Both the position numbers and the translations under genes were made by a program. A DNA stretch of 64,000 nt from Macrostomum lignano (Eukaryota): assembly GCA_002269645.1 (NCBI GenBank), contig NIVC01000896.1, positions 248,001 to 312,000 on the forward strand. Direction: 5' to 3'. Positions 24,748-38,143 of this stretch are shown piece after piece (positions within the stretch are counted from its first letter, which is position 1; each line of letters starts with the position of its first letter). The notes under the pieces are model-generated. The model was not told the origin of the DNA. It did no database searches and saw nothing but the letters and a program-made list of their open reading frames with translations.

Positions 24748-27584
24748 CCATAGTTCGGAACACTCTGTATGTACCCCGGAAAAAAAAACTACCAATTTTT
24801 TTTGTGTACGCCGATGTACGCCATATATCTTTGTGACGTTGTCGTTTACAGTGCAGTTATTAAATTTGTCTTCTATGTAAATATATTACATTTACACGGC
24901 CACACGGCCACACGCGGAACGGCCACACGACAAAACGGCCACACGACAAAACGGCCACACGATGTAATAATTTTTTTTTTCATTTTTCATTTTTAACAAT
25001 GGACGACAGTTGTCCAAAGTGTCTACTTAGAGTCAGACCCCGCCAGCATGCATTGTGCTGCGATCGCTGCAGCAGATGGCACTGCATCGACTTTGTCTGA
25101 AAGGTGAGTTGCTATTTATAGTATGCTGTTATAGTTGTAATTATTTGAATTAACTGTAATTGGTAATTATTGTAAATCTGCTGCTACAATGCCATGAAGA
25201 ATGAGACGATGCCATGGTTTTGTCCAAATTGCCTGCTAGCACCCAGCTCAGCTGCTGAGCACAGTGCCGCAGCGGAACCCAGCTTAGCTGCTGAGCACAG
25301 TGCGGCAGCGGAACCCAGCTTAGCTGCTGAGGAGCGACCTGCCTTACGTTTGCGAATAAGGTTACCAGCATCTGACGCACCTGAAGTTGTTACAGAAGGT
25401 TTAGGTAAGTCGATGCATGTGAAGTTGAGCTAAAGCAGATTTTTTTCTACATTCCAATTCTCTACATTTCAGGCCTCGAGGCTGACTCTGAGACACTTGT
25501 AGACAGCTTGTTTCCGTTGCATAGCACGGAATTGGATGTTGGCATTGACGAACCAACAATTGAGCTGGAGCTTTCAACAGTACTGGAAGAAGAGGAAGAG
25601 GCTTTTGTTGTAGTAGAAGAAGGATCACAGAAGGGCAAGGCCACTCTGATTTCCAATCTTGGATTCACTTTCGTTAGGAACTGCTCAGCAAGTGTTATTG
25701 AGAGTGGTGGCACTTTCACCAATAATCGCGCCGAGCACAACCACTTCGCACCTGGCGTCACAGCTGAGCAGGTGGCATTGTGGCGCGATTTGAAGGCAGA
25801 TGGCAAGCGGCAGCTATTCCATCCAGCTGCGGAAATTGTTGAAGCTAGGTAAATCAATCAATCGATCAGTCAATCAATCAATCAATCAATCAGTCAGTCA
25901 ATCAATCAAAATTTACCATTTTACAGGCAGGCATCAGACCCTGCTGGAGTCGACGGGTCTCGGAGCCAAGCTGCTCTGGTTCGGATGGTGCAGCGAGCCA
26001 GACAAAAAGATCGACCAAAAGAACCAAAGACCATCGACTTCGAGTTGCCAAGCACTGTATCGCCATCTGCAGCAGCTTGGCCTTGCACGCAGCTACGCAG
26101 TGTCCTACTCACTGCGCAGATTCTGCAGAAAGGTGATGGCCCTGGCTTACCTGCCATCAAATGATATTCTGCCAAACTTCGAACAGCTGCGATCTGCCTG
26201 CTCACCTGCTCACCTGAATGGGCCTTTGGGAGAGTGGCTCGAGTACGTAGAGCGCAATTGGATCACGGCAACAGCCACATTTCCACCGTCCACGTGGTGA
26301 ACCTTTGCACTCGCCATCCGAACTAACAACGACGTTGAAGGCTGGCACCAGAGGATTAATACAAGAGGACGCCGGCATGGCCAGTACCCTCTGTACCAGC
26401 TACTGCAGCTGCTTGCAGATCGATCGAGGAGGTCAAAGTCGTGCCAGCTCAGCGAAAGCTACTTAGTCACGGCAAGTTGTACCGCCGACAGAAGAAAAGC
26501 TGCCAACGAACGCACGCCTGTGTGATCCAGGCATGGAGCCGATTTCAGGCGCAGGAGATCACTGCTGAGAGCATGCAGCTGCTGGAGATGATTGCAACGG
26601 GAATTTTTTAGTGCAGCTTCGAGTGACATTCAAGCTCCTAACTTTTTAACTTTTGTGGTAAATTTTACTTTGTGATACTTTGTGAACCATTTTAGCATTT
26701 TTTAACTTTCTTACATAACTATTTTAGCATCTTTTAAAAATTTGCATAACTGCTGGTCGCTCCATAAAATACAATTTCGTCTTCGCTTCTCTGGTGCTTC
26801 CTTTCGGATCCTTTTCGGCCTACATAAATTTCACAATATCTCAATGCATTCACTTCTTTTGCATTTTGATGTCATGAGCTGGATCTCATGAGCAGTCGAT
26901 CTGCAACCCTTTTTGTTTTATGTGGCCGTTTTGTCGTGTGGCCGTTTTAACGGTGTGGCCGTTTTGTCGTGTGGCCGTTCCGCGTGTGGCCGTTTTGACG
27001 GGCATCCAAGGAACCGCGCTGGGCCGCGAAGGTTGGGATGACTCGCGCATTTGAGTCCGATACAACCTAAATGAATGTCCGGAGTTGTATCTATCAGGAA
27101 TATCAAATGTCTCAGCCCAAAACGGCCCGATAAAAACATTACCTAGCTGGACTAGTGATATCGATATTTAATTTTAAATTGTCAATGTTGAAAACGGAAA
27201 GTAACTTTTTTATTTATCAGCAAGAACTATTAAAAAGTGACAGATTTATATGTACAACAGTTTATTTATAAAATTTAAGTAAAATTTGTGCATTTTTTGT
27301 TAAAATTACAACTTCACCACAAGCAAAAAACACGGAAGTCAGTTCTGCATCAATCGTGAAATTTTACAGTAAATGCATAATGAACGACTTTGTAACTGTT
27401 ATTGATTTCACTAGGTTACGAATTTTTTATTTTTTGGTGCATGTTACACACCAAATTAGTAATCATGGTTAAACATGTACGCCAAAAGCCTTAGAAAATT
27501 ACTATTTGTACGCCAACATGTACGCCAAATTTCTTGACTGTACCCCGGAAATTTCCGGCGTACATGCCCTCTTCCGAACTATGG
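24748..27584. mobile_element. TIR element with 13-bp TIR CCATAGTTCGGAA and 8-bp TSD AGCTGTCG
   Basis: TSD at 24740-24747 and 27585-27592; GTACGCC subterminal motifs at both ends. Confidence 0.88.
24890..27007 (+). mobile_element. Internally deleted Mutator-like (MULE) element encoding PHD + FLYWCH + transposase fragments, with introns
   Basis: Inverted arrays of AAAACGGCCACACG at 24895-24960 and 26920-27000. PHD C..C..RPRQHALCCDRCSRW..HRLC / WFCPNC; FLYWCH-like SQKGKATLISNLGFTF..HNH; MULE C-terminus KVMALAYLP..YVERNWI..RTNNDVEGWHQRIN. The central DDE region is missing. Confidence 0.85.
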
Positions 27585-28625
27585 AGCTGTCGTGGGGATA
27601 AGCTGAAAATTATCAACATGGATCTGTGTGAATAAAATTGGAATTATTGACAAGGCCTATAAGACTTTAATCAGTTGAATGGTGACAACTATTTCAATAA
27701 GCTGCTGTGGGGATAAGCTAGAAATTATTGACATGGATCTGTGTGGATAAAATTAGAATTATTGGCAGGGGACTGTGGGGATAAGCACTTCCAAAAAAAC
27801 AATCTAGTATTGGTCTCATGTTTGAAGAAAATTGTTTTTTAAAGCTATTTTTTCTGAAATCTATTATATACCTACCTACCTACCTAACCACATTAAGACA
27901 ACTTATTTTTAGTATTATGGATAAAATATAAGTGGCCTATGGCCTATGCCACCTATGCCGCACATCTAGCTGCAGCCTACAGCTGCAGGGCACAGAGCTC
28001 AGTATTAATTAGGAACAAACAAATTTGGCAACAGAAATTTAACACGGACTAATTCGGCGAAAGCAAATTCGGCAACACGTCTTTTTATAGCTAAAGACAA
28101 AAGTTAAAGCGAACTACGCACCTTGTTTGGTAGACACGAAAATATCCTGATAATCGATATCTCGACATTTTTTTGATAGAAACAGAGAAGAAACTTTAAA
28201 AAAAGTGGTTCATTTCCTAATAAATGTTTAATCATAGGATATAAAAAACCAACTAAACAAATTAAAAGAAGGTGTAAGAAATTCTAAGAAACATAAAAAA
28301 CGTTTTAATAAATACAGAAAATTGTTTGACTTTTCGTTTCAAAGAACATAAAAATTTAAGTTGCTCATGGTGCGGCGGTGAGCGCATGCAAGCTAACCAG
28401 GCTAATTCATCATAGTCTAAATCGGGCAAAAAGCACTATTTTATAGGTAGCTAACTACGTTTCTTCTTGTTACTGATTAAAATTTCAAACCATAGAAACT
28501 TTTGAAATTTCAAGCCCACTTTACAACTTATATCATAAATATAATATTATAACTTTGACTTTTTGTTTCTCAACCTGTCCGCTGTCTGTGTGTCTGGACT
28601 TTGGCTGCTAGCTGCGCAGTAAAAA

Positions 28626-31600
28626 ATGGCTCTTTCTAACACATTGTTACAAAATATAAAACTTCTACAGACTAATGAAATGTACGAGGATATCAAAATT
28701 GTGGTAAGTAAAGACATTTAAATATAATATCTATGTAATATTATGATTCATTATGGTAGATCTAGACTGACTGACTAGTGACTAGGCCCCTAGCCTAGAT
28801 CTGAAGGCATAATTAAATTGTCTTATTTTGAATTGATAAAGCTAAGTAAATACTTGATTCCTGTATTGTGATTTAATCAATTACAATGATAAGCTCTAAA
28901 ATAATGGCGAAATAAAAAACATTGGATTAAATGATAAAACAAATATGTGTACTGTAGCTTCTGTACTGTACTGTACTGTAAATATGTGGACTTCTTCAAG
29001 TTTATGTTGATAAAATACTTCCGATTTTTCGATTTTTCTGAAACTTGCGGTGGAGACTTATGGGGGATCCAAAATTACATAAATGCAAAAAAAAGTGTAG
29101 AAAGTTACCTGTATGGTTGATGCAATGATGATTTACTTGATTCCCTATTCTCTTAATAAGGTTCAGTGAGAAAAAGTTTCTACAAATACATTTTTGAAAG
29201 TGTATCCACTTGACTTTTTATTTTATGGCACATATGCTAGAACTTCATTAGGCCAATTAAAGATGAATACTAATATCTACAAATGGCAATCCTACACTTC
29301 CGTTCGGTAAATTATTTTGACACTGAATTTTGAACAGGCGTGTTAAATAACAATGTAACCAAACAAAACTGAAACAGTGGAACATGGTAGCAGTCTGTTA
29401 GAGTGCATAGTCACTTAGAGTGTGTCTGCAGGTCATTAAGGTGTCTATAATGGATAGTAATGTCCAATCCAGTACAGGATAGCCCCAAATGGACATTGGG
29501 GATATAGACAATGCCAGAGGAATTCCTCAATGTGTGCATTGAAGAGAGCATCGCTCGTGCTATGCATGTTGCAGATCTTGCACTTTGCGTGGGCCTATGT
29601 GCCCTCCACGGTGTTGGTGTGGACTATTGGGTCTGCTGGATCTACGAAGTGCAGCCGATGGGAAATGAGAAATTGAAGCTCAAAAAACAAGCAGCTCACA
29701 AGCAACAGCTCCCTTAAACTGACACCCCCTTAAACTCTGTTCGCTCAAACTTTTGGCCATAGACACATTGCCAATTGACGTCATTTGACTCGGTGGTACG
29801 AATTCAAATGTTAAAATAATTTACCGAACGGAAGTGTAGGATTGCCCTACAAATTAATATGCAAATGTTTTTTATGTTTGCGGATTATAGTTTTTCAATT
29901 TAGTTATAATGCATAGACAGTGCCACGTCACTGTGTGCTTTTTTTTAAAAACTGCCATGTCACAACTTGCACTTTCACTGCACCCAGCCAAAGCAATGTT
30001 CAAAACTCGCACTTGTATTTAAGGCAGTAACAGCAGGCTCATTCCATATAAGATGGACATATTTGGAAAATAGAAAAAAGTCAATATTTTTGCTTGCCAT
30101 TGCCTAATTAGCCTATTTTTTACCAAATGTTTATATTGTGCAATATATACAATCTAAGAATAAAGGAATGGTAAAATGTTGGATTAGTATGTTATCAATT
30201 GGCAAAAAGTCATTTTTGTAAAAATTTGGACATTTTTCGAAGCAAAAGACATCATTAAGATTTTGTACCTTTTAAAAACAAATAGAAAGCTTTTGAAGGT
30301 TGAAACAAACTATAGATAAAAGTATAGTACTTGCATCATCAGATAAAAGCATTGGTGACCAAATAATCTATTATATTTTTAATGTATTAGTACCTCAAAG
30401 TTACTGAATTGACAGAAAAAAATATGTTACGACCATAATGCTACGACCATAAGGCTGCCTTTTCTTTTGTATCTTTGTTGCCTTTTGAGTTTATATATTC
30501 TAATAAAAGAGTATGATTTCTAAAGATGTTCTTAGTCAAATTTTAAAAATGTATTGCAAAATATCAAAAATGAAAAATGTTATAAGACTTTTACCTTTTA
30601 GTTTCTATATGTCAAAAATCCTGTCGTTATGACCATAAGTGTCATTTAAGGTTTAATAGCATCTATACTAATGATGATATCTATATGAAACTCTATAAAT
30701 ATATTCTAGACAAAATAATCTTTCATTTAAAATATTGGTTTAGTATATTCTATTATTAGATTTCATTTTATAAGTAAAAATAACCTGTCATGTTACGACC
30801 ATGCTTATATGGAATGAGCCAGCACTTAATTTTGGTAAGCAAATTCATTTAGATAAAGTTATGTTAATTCAAGTTTATGTTGATATAATTAAACACAGTC
30901 CACAGATTCATTGTCAAATAAATTCCAACTTGTTTCAACCCCCCCCCCCCGCCCCCTATTAGAATTGGAATTTATCAGCACAATCTTGAATAGGTCTCTA
31001 TGCCTCTATTCAAGTATATGTTGATAAAATCAATCCCCATGAAGAATCTCCCCACCCTAAAACCCTCCCATTCCCTATGCCCCGGTGGTTGGTTTTAAGC
31101 TACTATTTTATCAAAAACTTAAAGAAGTCCGCCAGACTACGCGACTAGCAGCACCAGTGTAGCCGCACTAGAAACCCCCCCCCGCCTTTGTCTTGCTGAG
31201 GTGGGGTGGGTGCGCGCCAAGCTAGCTGGCTTGCTAAGCTAGGGGGGTTGGCATAGCCAATCACACCATGCCACCAGTTTTGCACCTCCCTTGGCTTGGC
31301 CCCTCAATCTGGCATTGTTTGTAAATATATAAATACATGTGCAAAGCAGCACAAACTCTTTGCTGCCATTCCATCTATTGAAACTAAAAGGCCTTCCGCC
31401 TCATTGGTGAGCCTGACTCCCAGCGCGGAACGCTGAGCCTACCTGGTTGGCCTTATGCAGTCCTGGCAGCCAACCACCTTGGCTGACTGCAACGGCAGCA
31501 CCGCAGCCCAGCAGCACAGCAGCCCAGCAGTCATAGCAGTACCCCACAGCAACAATCGGCCCAGTCAGCCTACCCCCCAGCTAGCTCTTGGGGTCTCGCC

Positions 31601-33974
31601 TTTTGGCCCCCGCATTAGACCAACCATTGCCACACGCTGCAGCAAATTTTAGGTTAGCACCGCTGCTGCTAGCCTAATGTCCCCAGCCTCTGTGCAGATG
31701 CAGAACCTTCAACCTGGCTCATGGCGGCAACTAACTGTCAATTGCTTTGGGTGTGGTCCAGCTGTGCGCCCTTGCTCATTTTTTTCAACATGCATTTTAA
31801 TTCTTCAATTTTTATTAAGGTATATACTCAGCATGATCCTGACTATGGGCTATACTTAGCAATAAGTTACAAGTTTCTATCCCAAGACTAATGGTCAACT
31901 TTCCTTAGATCTTAGCCCCAAACAACCTAAGTCATATTAGCTCTCAAGATTTAATCACATACCAACCTCAAACCCATAGAATATCTTATATATAAACTGA
32001 TATTAGTATATTGTTATTAATGATATTAAAAATGAATTCATTAAATTAATTCATGAATTGATTTAAGCAATTGTTCAAACTGATATCCTAGCTTCAAGCA
32101 TCCTAATAGCATGTCATTGCTTAGCATTTGTCATTTGGCAGACCATTGCAAATTCATAAGAACTAAAAAAACTAAGAATAGCAGCCCTCATCTAACAATT
32201 GCATCATCCACAGTTGATATGAAAAATGCTGACATAGTGTGAATTGCATCACTTAAGGCTAAGATCTGAGAAAATTTGACCATTGGCTTTGGAGTAGAAA
32301 ATTTAACATGTTACTAAGTTTATATTGACTAGTAGTTATGCAGAATATGAATGTATATTATTATATCTTTTTTTTTTACATTGATATTCTATATATATTT
32401 GTTTAAGTAAATATCAAATCTAGATTTTTATAGATAACTCATTCTTTAAGTGTCTAGTATTTTATAAAAGTAGTTCAATACATGTATAAATTGCACTTAA
32501 TGCAAGTTTAAAAATAGGACAAATAGACAAAATATTCAGAATCAAATCAAATATTCAGAAAAAAAGTTAAGAGTAAAATTTTGACTTTTTTGACTTATAA
32601 ATGAAGAGAAAGAATTAGGGATAATTTTGCTCTAAAGAAAGGCAGATAGATAAGAGGTCTAACAGTTGAGCACCCAGTTTTAAGATTTGAGTAGGCTTTA
32701 GTAGGAGTGGAGGACTTAAATGTTTTAGTTTGAAGAGTTAAGAATGTTAGAGGTTGTGGGCTTGTGGCTCATAAAGGTTTCTTGTGTCATAATCTCGCCA
32801 TGGCAGGCTAAAATTCAAGATATGATAAATAGCCATACAGCCTGTGCGTACCCCTCCCACCTCAGCTTGGCCCCATTGTGACCATCGCCGAGAACAATGA
32901 GCGGCTTTTGTCTCACTCTGACCGGCTGACCTTCTATGTACACCTTGGCGATGCCTGTCACAGGACTGGCGAGCATCAGAAAGCGCTGCGCTATCTGGGC
33001 CAAGCTCTGCAACTTCGTCGGTGCACTTCTAGACTGCGCGGCCTGCCAACCGAAGCGGATATCCGGTGGCGATCCTACCTGTGCTATGCTGCTCAGCGGC
33101 TTCATGCTGAGGCCTGCAGGGAGCTGGCCTGCGTCCCAGAGAAAGCCAGGACGCCTGCAATGCATCTGGCGCTTGGACAGAGCTATCTGAGATCTGGCGA
33201 GGAGAAACTTGCACAGACTGCTTTCAAGGTGATTTAAGATGGCATCGGTTATACATTTTTTTAATTAAGAGAGGTTGAAGATTCGAACACGGAATGTCTT
33301 TTTGAAGATTCGAACTCGGGATCTCACTTAAAAGATTCGAACTCGGGATGTCTTTTTGAAGATTCGAACTCAGGATCTCACTTTGAAGATTCAAACTCGT
33401 GATCTCTTCAAAATAAATAAAACTCGGATGATCTCAGAAACTCAAAGTTACACTTTTTAAAATGTCATTAAAAAATTCAAGCCTGAAATCTCTTTCCAAA
33501 TTCGAAACCCGCAGTGCTGCGTGAAAGCTACAGGCGGCCTGTCAATGGAAGCGATCAAAGGCCTCCTGGCCTGTCGAACTCCCCTATCCGAAGTGCTGCA
33601 GCTGCTGGCCAACTGTGGATGCCTCACCCAGCGAGCCGCCAGCGCCACTGGGCCTCTTGAGCAGCTGCTTGCTCGCTACTTTGACGCCTCCGTCCAAGCG
33701 GCCGGTCGAGCATTCCGACCAGCCATCGAAGCTCTGGTAGCTCTGGACGGCAACGATCTCATGACTGGCGACTCCAATCTCTTGGCTACCCTTGGCGAGG
33801 CGTTCTATCAATGCGGTGACTACACTGAGGCTGAACGGATTCTGACTCGATTGCACAGTCTGGATAGCAACTGGCTGAGGCATATTGACTCTCTGGCTGA
33901 ACTGCTGCACAGGCATGCTAATAAGACTAGGCAGTTGGAGTGTCTGGCTGCCAGTCTCATGCAGGTGAGAGAGG

Positions 33975-34058
<84 letters not shown>

Positions 34059-37000
34059 GATAGAGAATCTCAGCAATTACCCCCCATACTTGACATTTCA
34101 GCTATTCCACCGTAAGCTTGACATCCCAGCAATTTCCCTCAAGACTTGGCATCTCAGCAATTCTCCCCAAGCCTTGACATCTCAGCAATTCCCCCCAAGA
34201 CTTGACATCTCAGCAATTCCCCCAAGCCTTGACATCTCAGCAATTCCCCCAAGCCTTGACATCTCAGCAATTCCCCCTAAGACTTGACATCTCAGCAATT
34301 CCCCCAAGACTTGACATCTCAGCAATCCACCCAAGACTTGACATCTCAGCAATTCCCCCAAGACTTGACATCTCAGCAATTCCCCCAAGACTTGACATCT
34401 CAGCAATCCACCCAAGACTTGACATCTCAGCAATCCACCCAAGACTTGACATCTCAGCAATTCCCCCAAGACTTGACATCTCAGCAATTCCCCCCAAGAC
34501 TTGACATCTCAGCAATTCCCCCAAGACTTGACATCTCAGCAATTCCCCCAAGACTTGACATCTCAGCAATTCCCCCAAGACTTGACATCTCAGCAATTCC
34601 CCCAAGACTTGACATCTCAGCAATTCCCCCCAAGACTTGACATCTCAGCAATTCCCCCCAAGACTTGACATCTCAGCAATTCCCCCCAAGCCTTGACATC
34701 TCAGCAATTCCCCCCAAGCCTTGACATCTCAGCAATTCCCCCTAAGACTTGACATCTCAGCAATTCCCCCCAAGACTTGACATCTCAGCAATTCCCCCCA
34801 AGACTTGACATCTCAGCAATTCCCCCCAAGACTTGACATCTCAGCAATTCCCCCCAAGACTTGACATCTCAGCAATCCACCCAAGACTTGACATCTCAGC
34901 AATCCACCCAAGACTTGACATCTCAGCAATTCCCCCCAAGACTTGACATCTCAGCAATTCCCCCCCAAGACTTGACATCTCAGCAATTCCCCCCAAGACT
35001 TGACATCTCAGCAATTCCCCCCAAGACTTGACATCTCAGCAATTCCCCCAAGACTTGACATCTCAGCAATTCCCCCCAAGACTTGACATCTCAGCAATTC
35101 CCCCAAGACTTGACATCTCAGCAATTCCCCCAAGACTTGACATCTCAGCAATTCCCCCCAAGCCTTGACATCTCAGCAATTCCCCCAAGCCTTGACATCT
35201 CAGCAATTCCCCTAAGACTTGACATCTCAGCAATTCCCCCCAAGACTTGACATCTCAGCAATTCCCCCAAGACTTGACATCTCAGCAATTCCCCCAAGAC
35301 TTGACATCTCAGCAATTCCCCCCAAGACTTGACATCTCAGCAATTCCCCCAAGACTTGACATCTCAGCAATTCCCCCCCCCCAAGACTTGACATCTCAGC
35401 AATTCCCCCCAAGACTTGACATCTCAGCAATCCCCAAGCCTGTACAGTGTATTGTTATGCATATTCTAACGTGTTAAGACCTCTATCGGACTAAGACTTC
35501 AAAGCTTTCGATTTTCAATCGCCGATATGTAGCATAAATAGTTTTAATATATCTTTCAGGTGTCTGAGCACAGGCCTGAGCCTTACGTAGTCTATGGCTA
35601 CCTGAACCACAGCAACAAACGGTCCAGCAAGGCAATGTTCTTCGCCCAGAAAGCCCTGACCATCAGCCCGAACTCCGTGCACGCCCTCATCGTGTGCGGT
35701 TATGTAAGCATTAGAAATGGCAAAGAGCGCGATGCTCTGTCCTACTTCACCGAGGCCAGGAAGCTGGCGCCTAACAGCTTTGAAGTGCAGCACGGTATTG
35801 TGTGGACTTATATTAATCGGCACAAGTATAGGAATGCTATTGCTAAAGCTGAACTGCTGGTTAAACAGCTGGGTGAGTGTTTATTCAATCATAGTTGAGA
35901 ATCGCCACTCAATCAACCATCATCAAGAATCGCCACTGAATCAATCATCATCAAGAATCGCCACTGAATCAATCATCATCAAGAATCGCCACTCAATCAA
36001 TCATCATCAAGAATCGCCACTCAATCAACCATCATCAAGAATCGCCACTCAATCAACCATCATCAAGAATCGCCACTCAATCAACCACCATCAAGAATCG
36101 CCACTCAATCAATCATCATCAAGAATCGCCACTCAATCAATCATCATCAAGAATCGCCACTCAATCAATCATCATCAAGAATCGCCACTCAATCAACCAT
36201 CATCAAGAATCGCCACTCAATCAACCATTATCAAGAATCGCCACTCAATCAACCACCATCAAGAATCGCCACTCAATCAATCATCATCAAGAATCGCCAC
36301 TCAATCAATCATCATCAAGAATCGCCACTCAATCAACCATCATCAAGAATCGCCACTCAATCAACCACCATCAAGAATCGCCACTCAATCAATCATCATC
36401 AAGAATCGCCACTCAATCAATCATCATCAAGAATCGCCACTCAATCAACCATCATCAAGAATCGCCACTCAATCAACCACCATCAAGAATCGCCACTCAA
36501 TCAATCATCATCAAGAATCGCCACTCAATCAATCATCATCAAGAATCGCCACTCAATCAACCATCATCAAGAATCGCCACTCAACCAACCATCATCAAGA
36601 ATCGCCACTCAATCAACCATCATCAAGAATCGCCACTCAACCAACCATCATCAAGAATCGCCACTCAACCAACCATCATCAAGAATCGCCACTCAATCAA
36701 TCATCATCAAGAATCGCCACTCAATCAATCATCATCAAGAATCGCCACTCAATCAACCATCATCAAGAATCGCCACTCAATCAATCATCATCAAGAATCG
36801 CCACTCAATCAATCATCATCAAGAATCGCCACTCAATCAACCATCATCAAGAATCGCCACTCAATCAATCATCATCAAGAATCGCCACTCAAGTGACTCA
36901 ACCAACCATCATCAAGAATCGCCACTCAATCAACCATCATCAAGAATCGCCACTCAATCAACCATCATCAAGAATCGCCACTCAATCAACCATCATCAAG

Positions 37001-37971
37001 AATCGCCACTCAATCAACCATCATCAAGAATCGCCATTCAAGGAAAGTTTAACCTAAAATTACTTACAGTAGGTAAGAAAAACTTAACATCCAAAATGAT
37101 TGCCAGGCCGAAACCCTCGAACTCTGGGCATCTACGGCCTCGCCACATCCTACGAGAACAAGGACAAAGCCATCGAGATCCTCGCCGACGCCTTCGCCAT
37201 GTTCAACGGTCGCGGCTGCCTGCCTGAGTGCGTCTCTGTGCTGGCTGAGTTGTACATGGAGAAGAAGCGCTACCCAGAGGCCAAGGCTCTGCTGGTGCAG
37301 AAGATTGAGCAGGTAAGTAGATGTCCTATCTCCCCATCACAGTGAAGATAATCCAGCATCCATCCTCCCCATCACAGGATAATCCAGCATCAATCCTCCC
37401 CATCACAGGATAATCAGCGTCCATCCTCCCCATCACAGGATAATCCAGCATCCATCCTCCCCATCACCGGATAATCCAGCATCCATCCTCCCCATCACCG
37501 GATAATCCAGCATCCATCCTCCCCATCACCGGATAATCCAGCATCCATCCACCCCATCACAGGATAATCCAGCATCCATCCTCCCCATCACAGGATAATC
37601 CAACCTCTATACTCCCTAGCAGTTAGTATTCTAAATGATCTCCCAATCAAAGTTGAGGCCCTCCAGAATCTTCCTAGTAACTGTACTTCAGCGCTTAAGT
37701 ATCCCAATTATCCCAAATGTGTATGTACCTGTCGCAGGAGCCAGCTGGTGAGACCACAGCGGAGCTGCACCGCCTGCTTGGCGACTGTCACTCCCGATGC
37801 GGCCAGCAGCAGGAGGCGCTGGTGCACTACGAGATCGCAATCAGATTGGACAGCAAAAATCGTAAAGCTCACGAAGGCGCGGTTGCTATGCGATCCGTGC
37901 TCAATTTGGACTCGCGAACGGCCGGCACTCATCAGCATCAAATGGATCACTCGGATGAGTTCTCTGATTGA
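28626..37971 (+). CDS. ANAPC7: Anaphase-promoting complex subunit 7; exons 28626-28703, 32866-33228, 33515-33964, 35560-35872, 37107-37312, 37738-37971 (547 aa)
   Basis: All junctions are GT-AG and phase-compatible (0,0,0,1,0; 1644 nt). TPR blocks match APC7 (EADIRWRSYLC, RTPAMHLALGQSY, HRPEPYVVYG, LHRLLGDC..QQQEALVHYEIAIRLD). Confidence 0.9.
29285..29846 (-). mobile_element. Merlin (IS1595/ISXO2-like) non-autonomous deletion derivative in ANAPC7 intron 1
   Basis: ~45-bp TIR GGCAATCCTACACTTCCGTTCGGTAAATTATTTT; 8-bp TSD CTACAAAT (29277-84 and 29847-54); the minus strand encodes HRLHFVDPADPIVHTNTVEGT*AHAK..HIEEFLW..YP, a Merlin/ISXO2 C-terminus. Confidence 0.88.
30036..30820. mobile_element. 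Non-autonomous TIR element, 17-bp TIR GGCTCATTCCATATAAG, apparent 4-bp TSD AGCA
   Basis: Inverted ends at 30036-30052 and 30804-30820; internal GTTACGACCAT repeats. Superfamily uncertain (a 4-bp TSD is compatible with Sola). Confidence 0.65.
33277..33400. repeat. 27-bp minisatellite in ANAPC7 intron 2
   Basis: GAAGATTCGAACTC units at 33277, 33304, 33331, 33358. Confidence 0.85.
33965..35435. repeat. (GA)n tract followed by a 27/28-bp minisatellite (GACTTGACATCTCAGCAATTCCCCCAA) in ANAPC7 intron 3
   Basis: Directly visible. Confidence 0.97.
35884..37040. repeat. 28-bp minisatellite (AATCGCCACTCAATCAATCATCATCAAG) in ANAPC7 intron 4
   Basis: Directly visible; explains the periodic 446-aa ORF. 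Confidence 0.97.
37330..37600. repeat. 31-bp minisatellite in ANAPC7 intron 5
   Basis: GGATAATCCAGCATCCATCCTCCCCATCACA units. Confidence 0.93.
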
Positions 37972-38143
37972 GTTGGAATTCTAAAATTTAATTTACTCAT
38001 TGCTGCATTTTTAATTTCCATTTTTGTGCAAGTTTCTTGAACGTCTAAGGGCTTTTATTTTTTGCAAATTTTTATTGGCTTGTTCTTAATCAATACGGCA
38101 ATTTATCAGTTAGTTCATCGGAGAAGTTATTGCGTTTATGTGG

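Larger units (their letters stand above)
24203..27792. mobile_element. Old non-autonomous TIR element (~195-bp TIRs, G/AGAAGTGCTTATCCCC termini), outer shell of a nest
   Basis: 24203-24395 is the reverse complement of ~27590-27792; both flanks carry AAAAAAC (likely TSD). Confidence 0.8.

Noticed and set aside
35717-37057. 446-aa ORF and similar periodic ORFs (8364-8810, 10064-10570, 34182-34640, 57637-58468, 5589-5904)
   Set aside because: These are translations of minisatellites or microsatellites; the peptide period equals the repeat unit.
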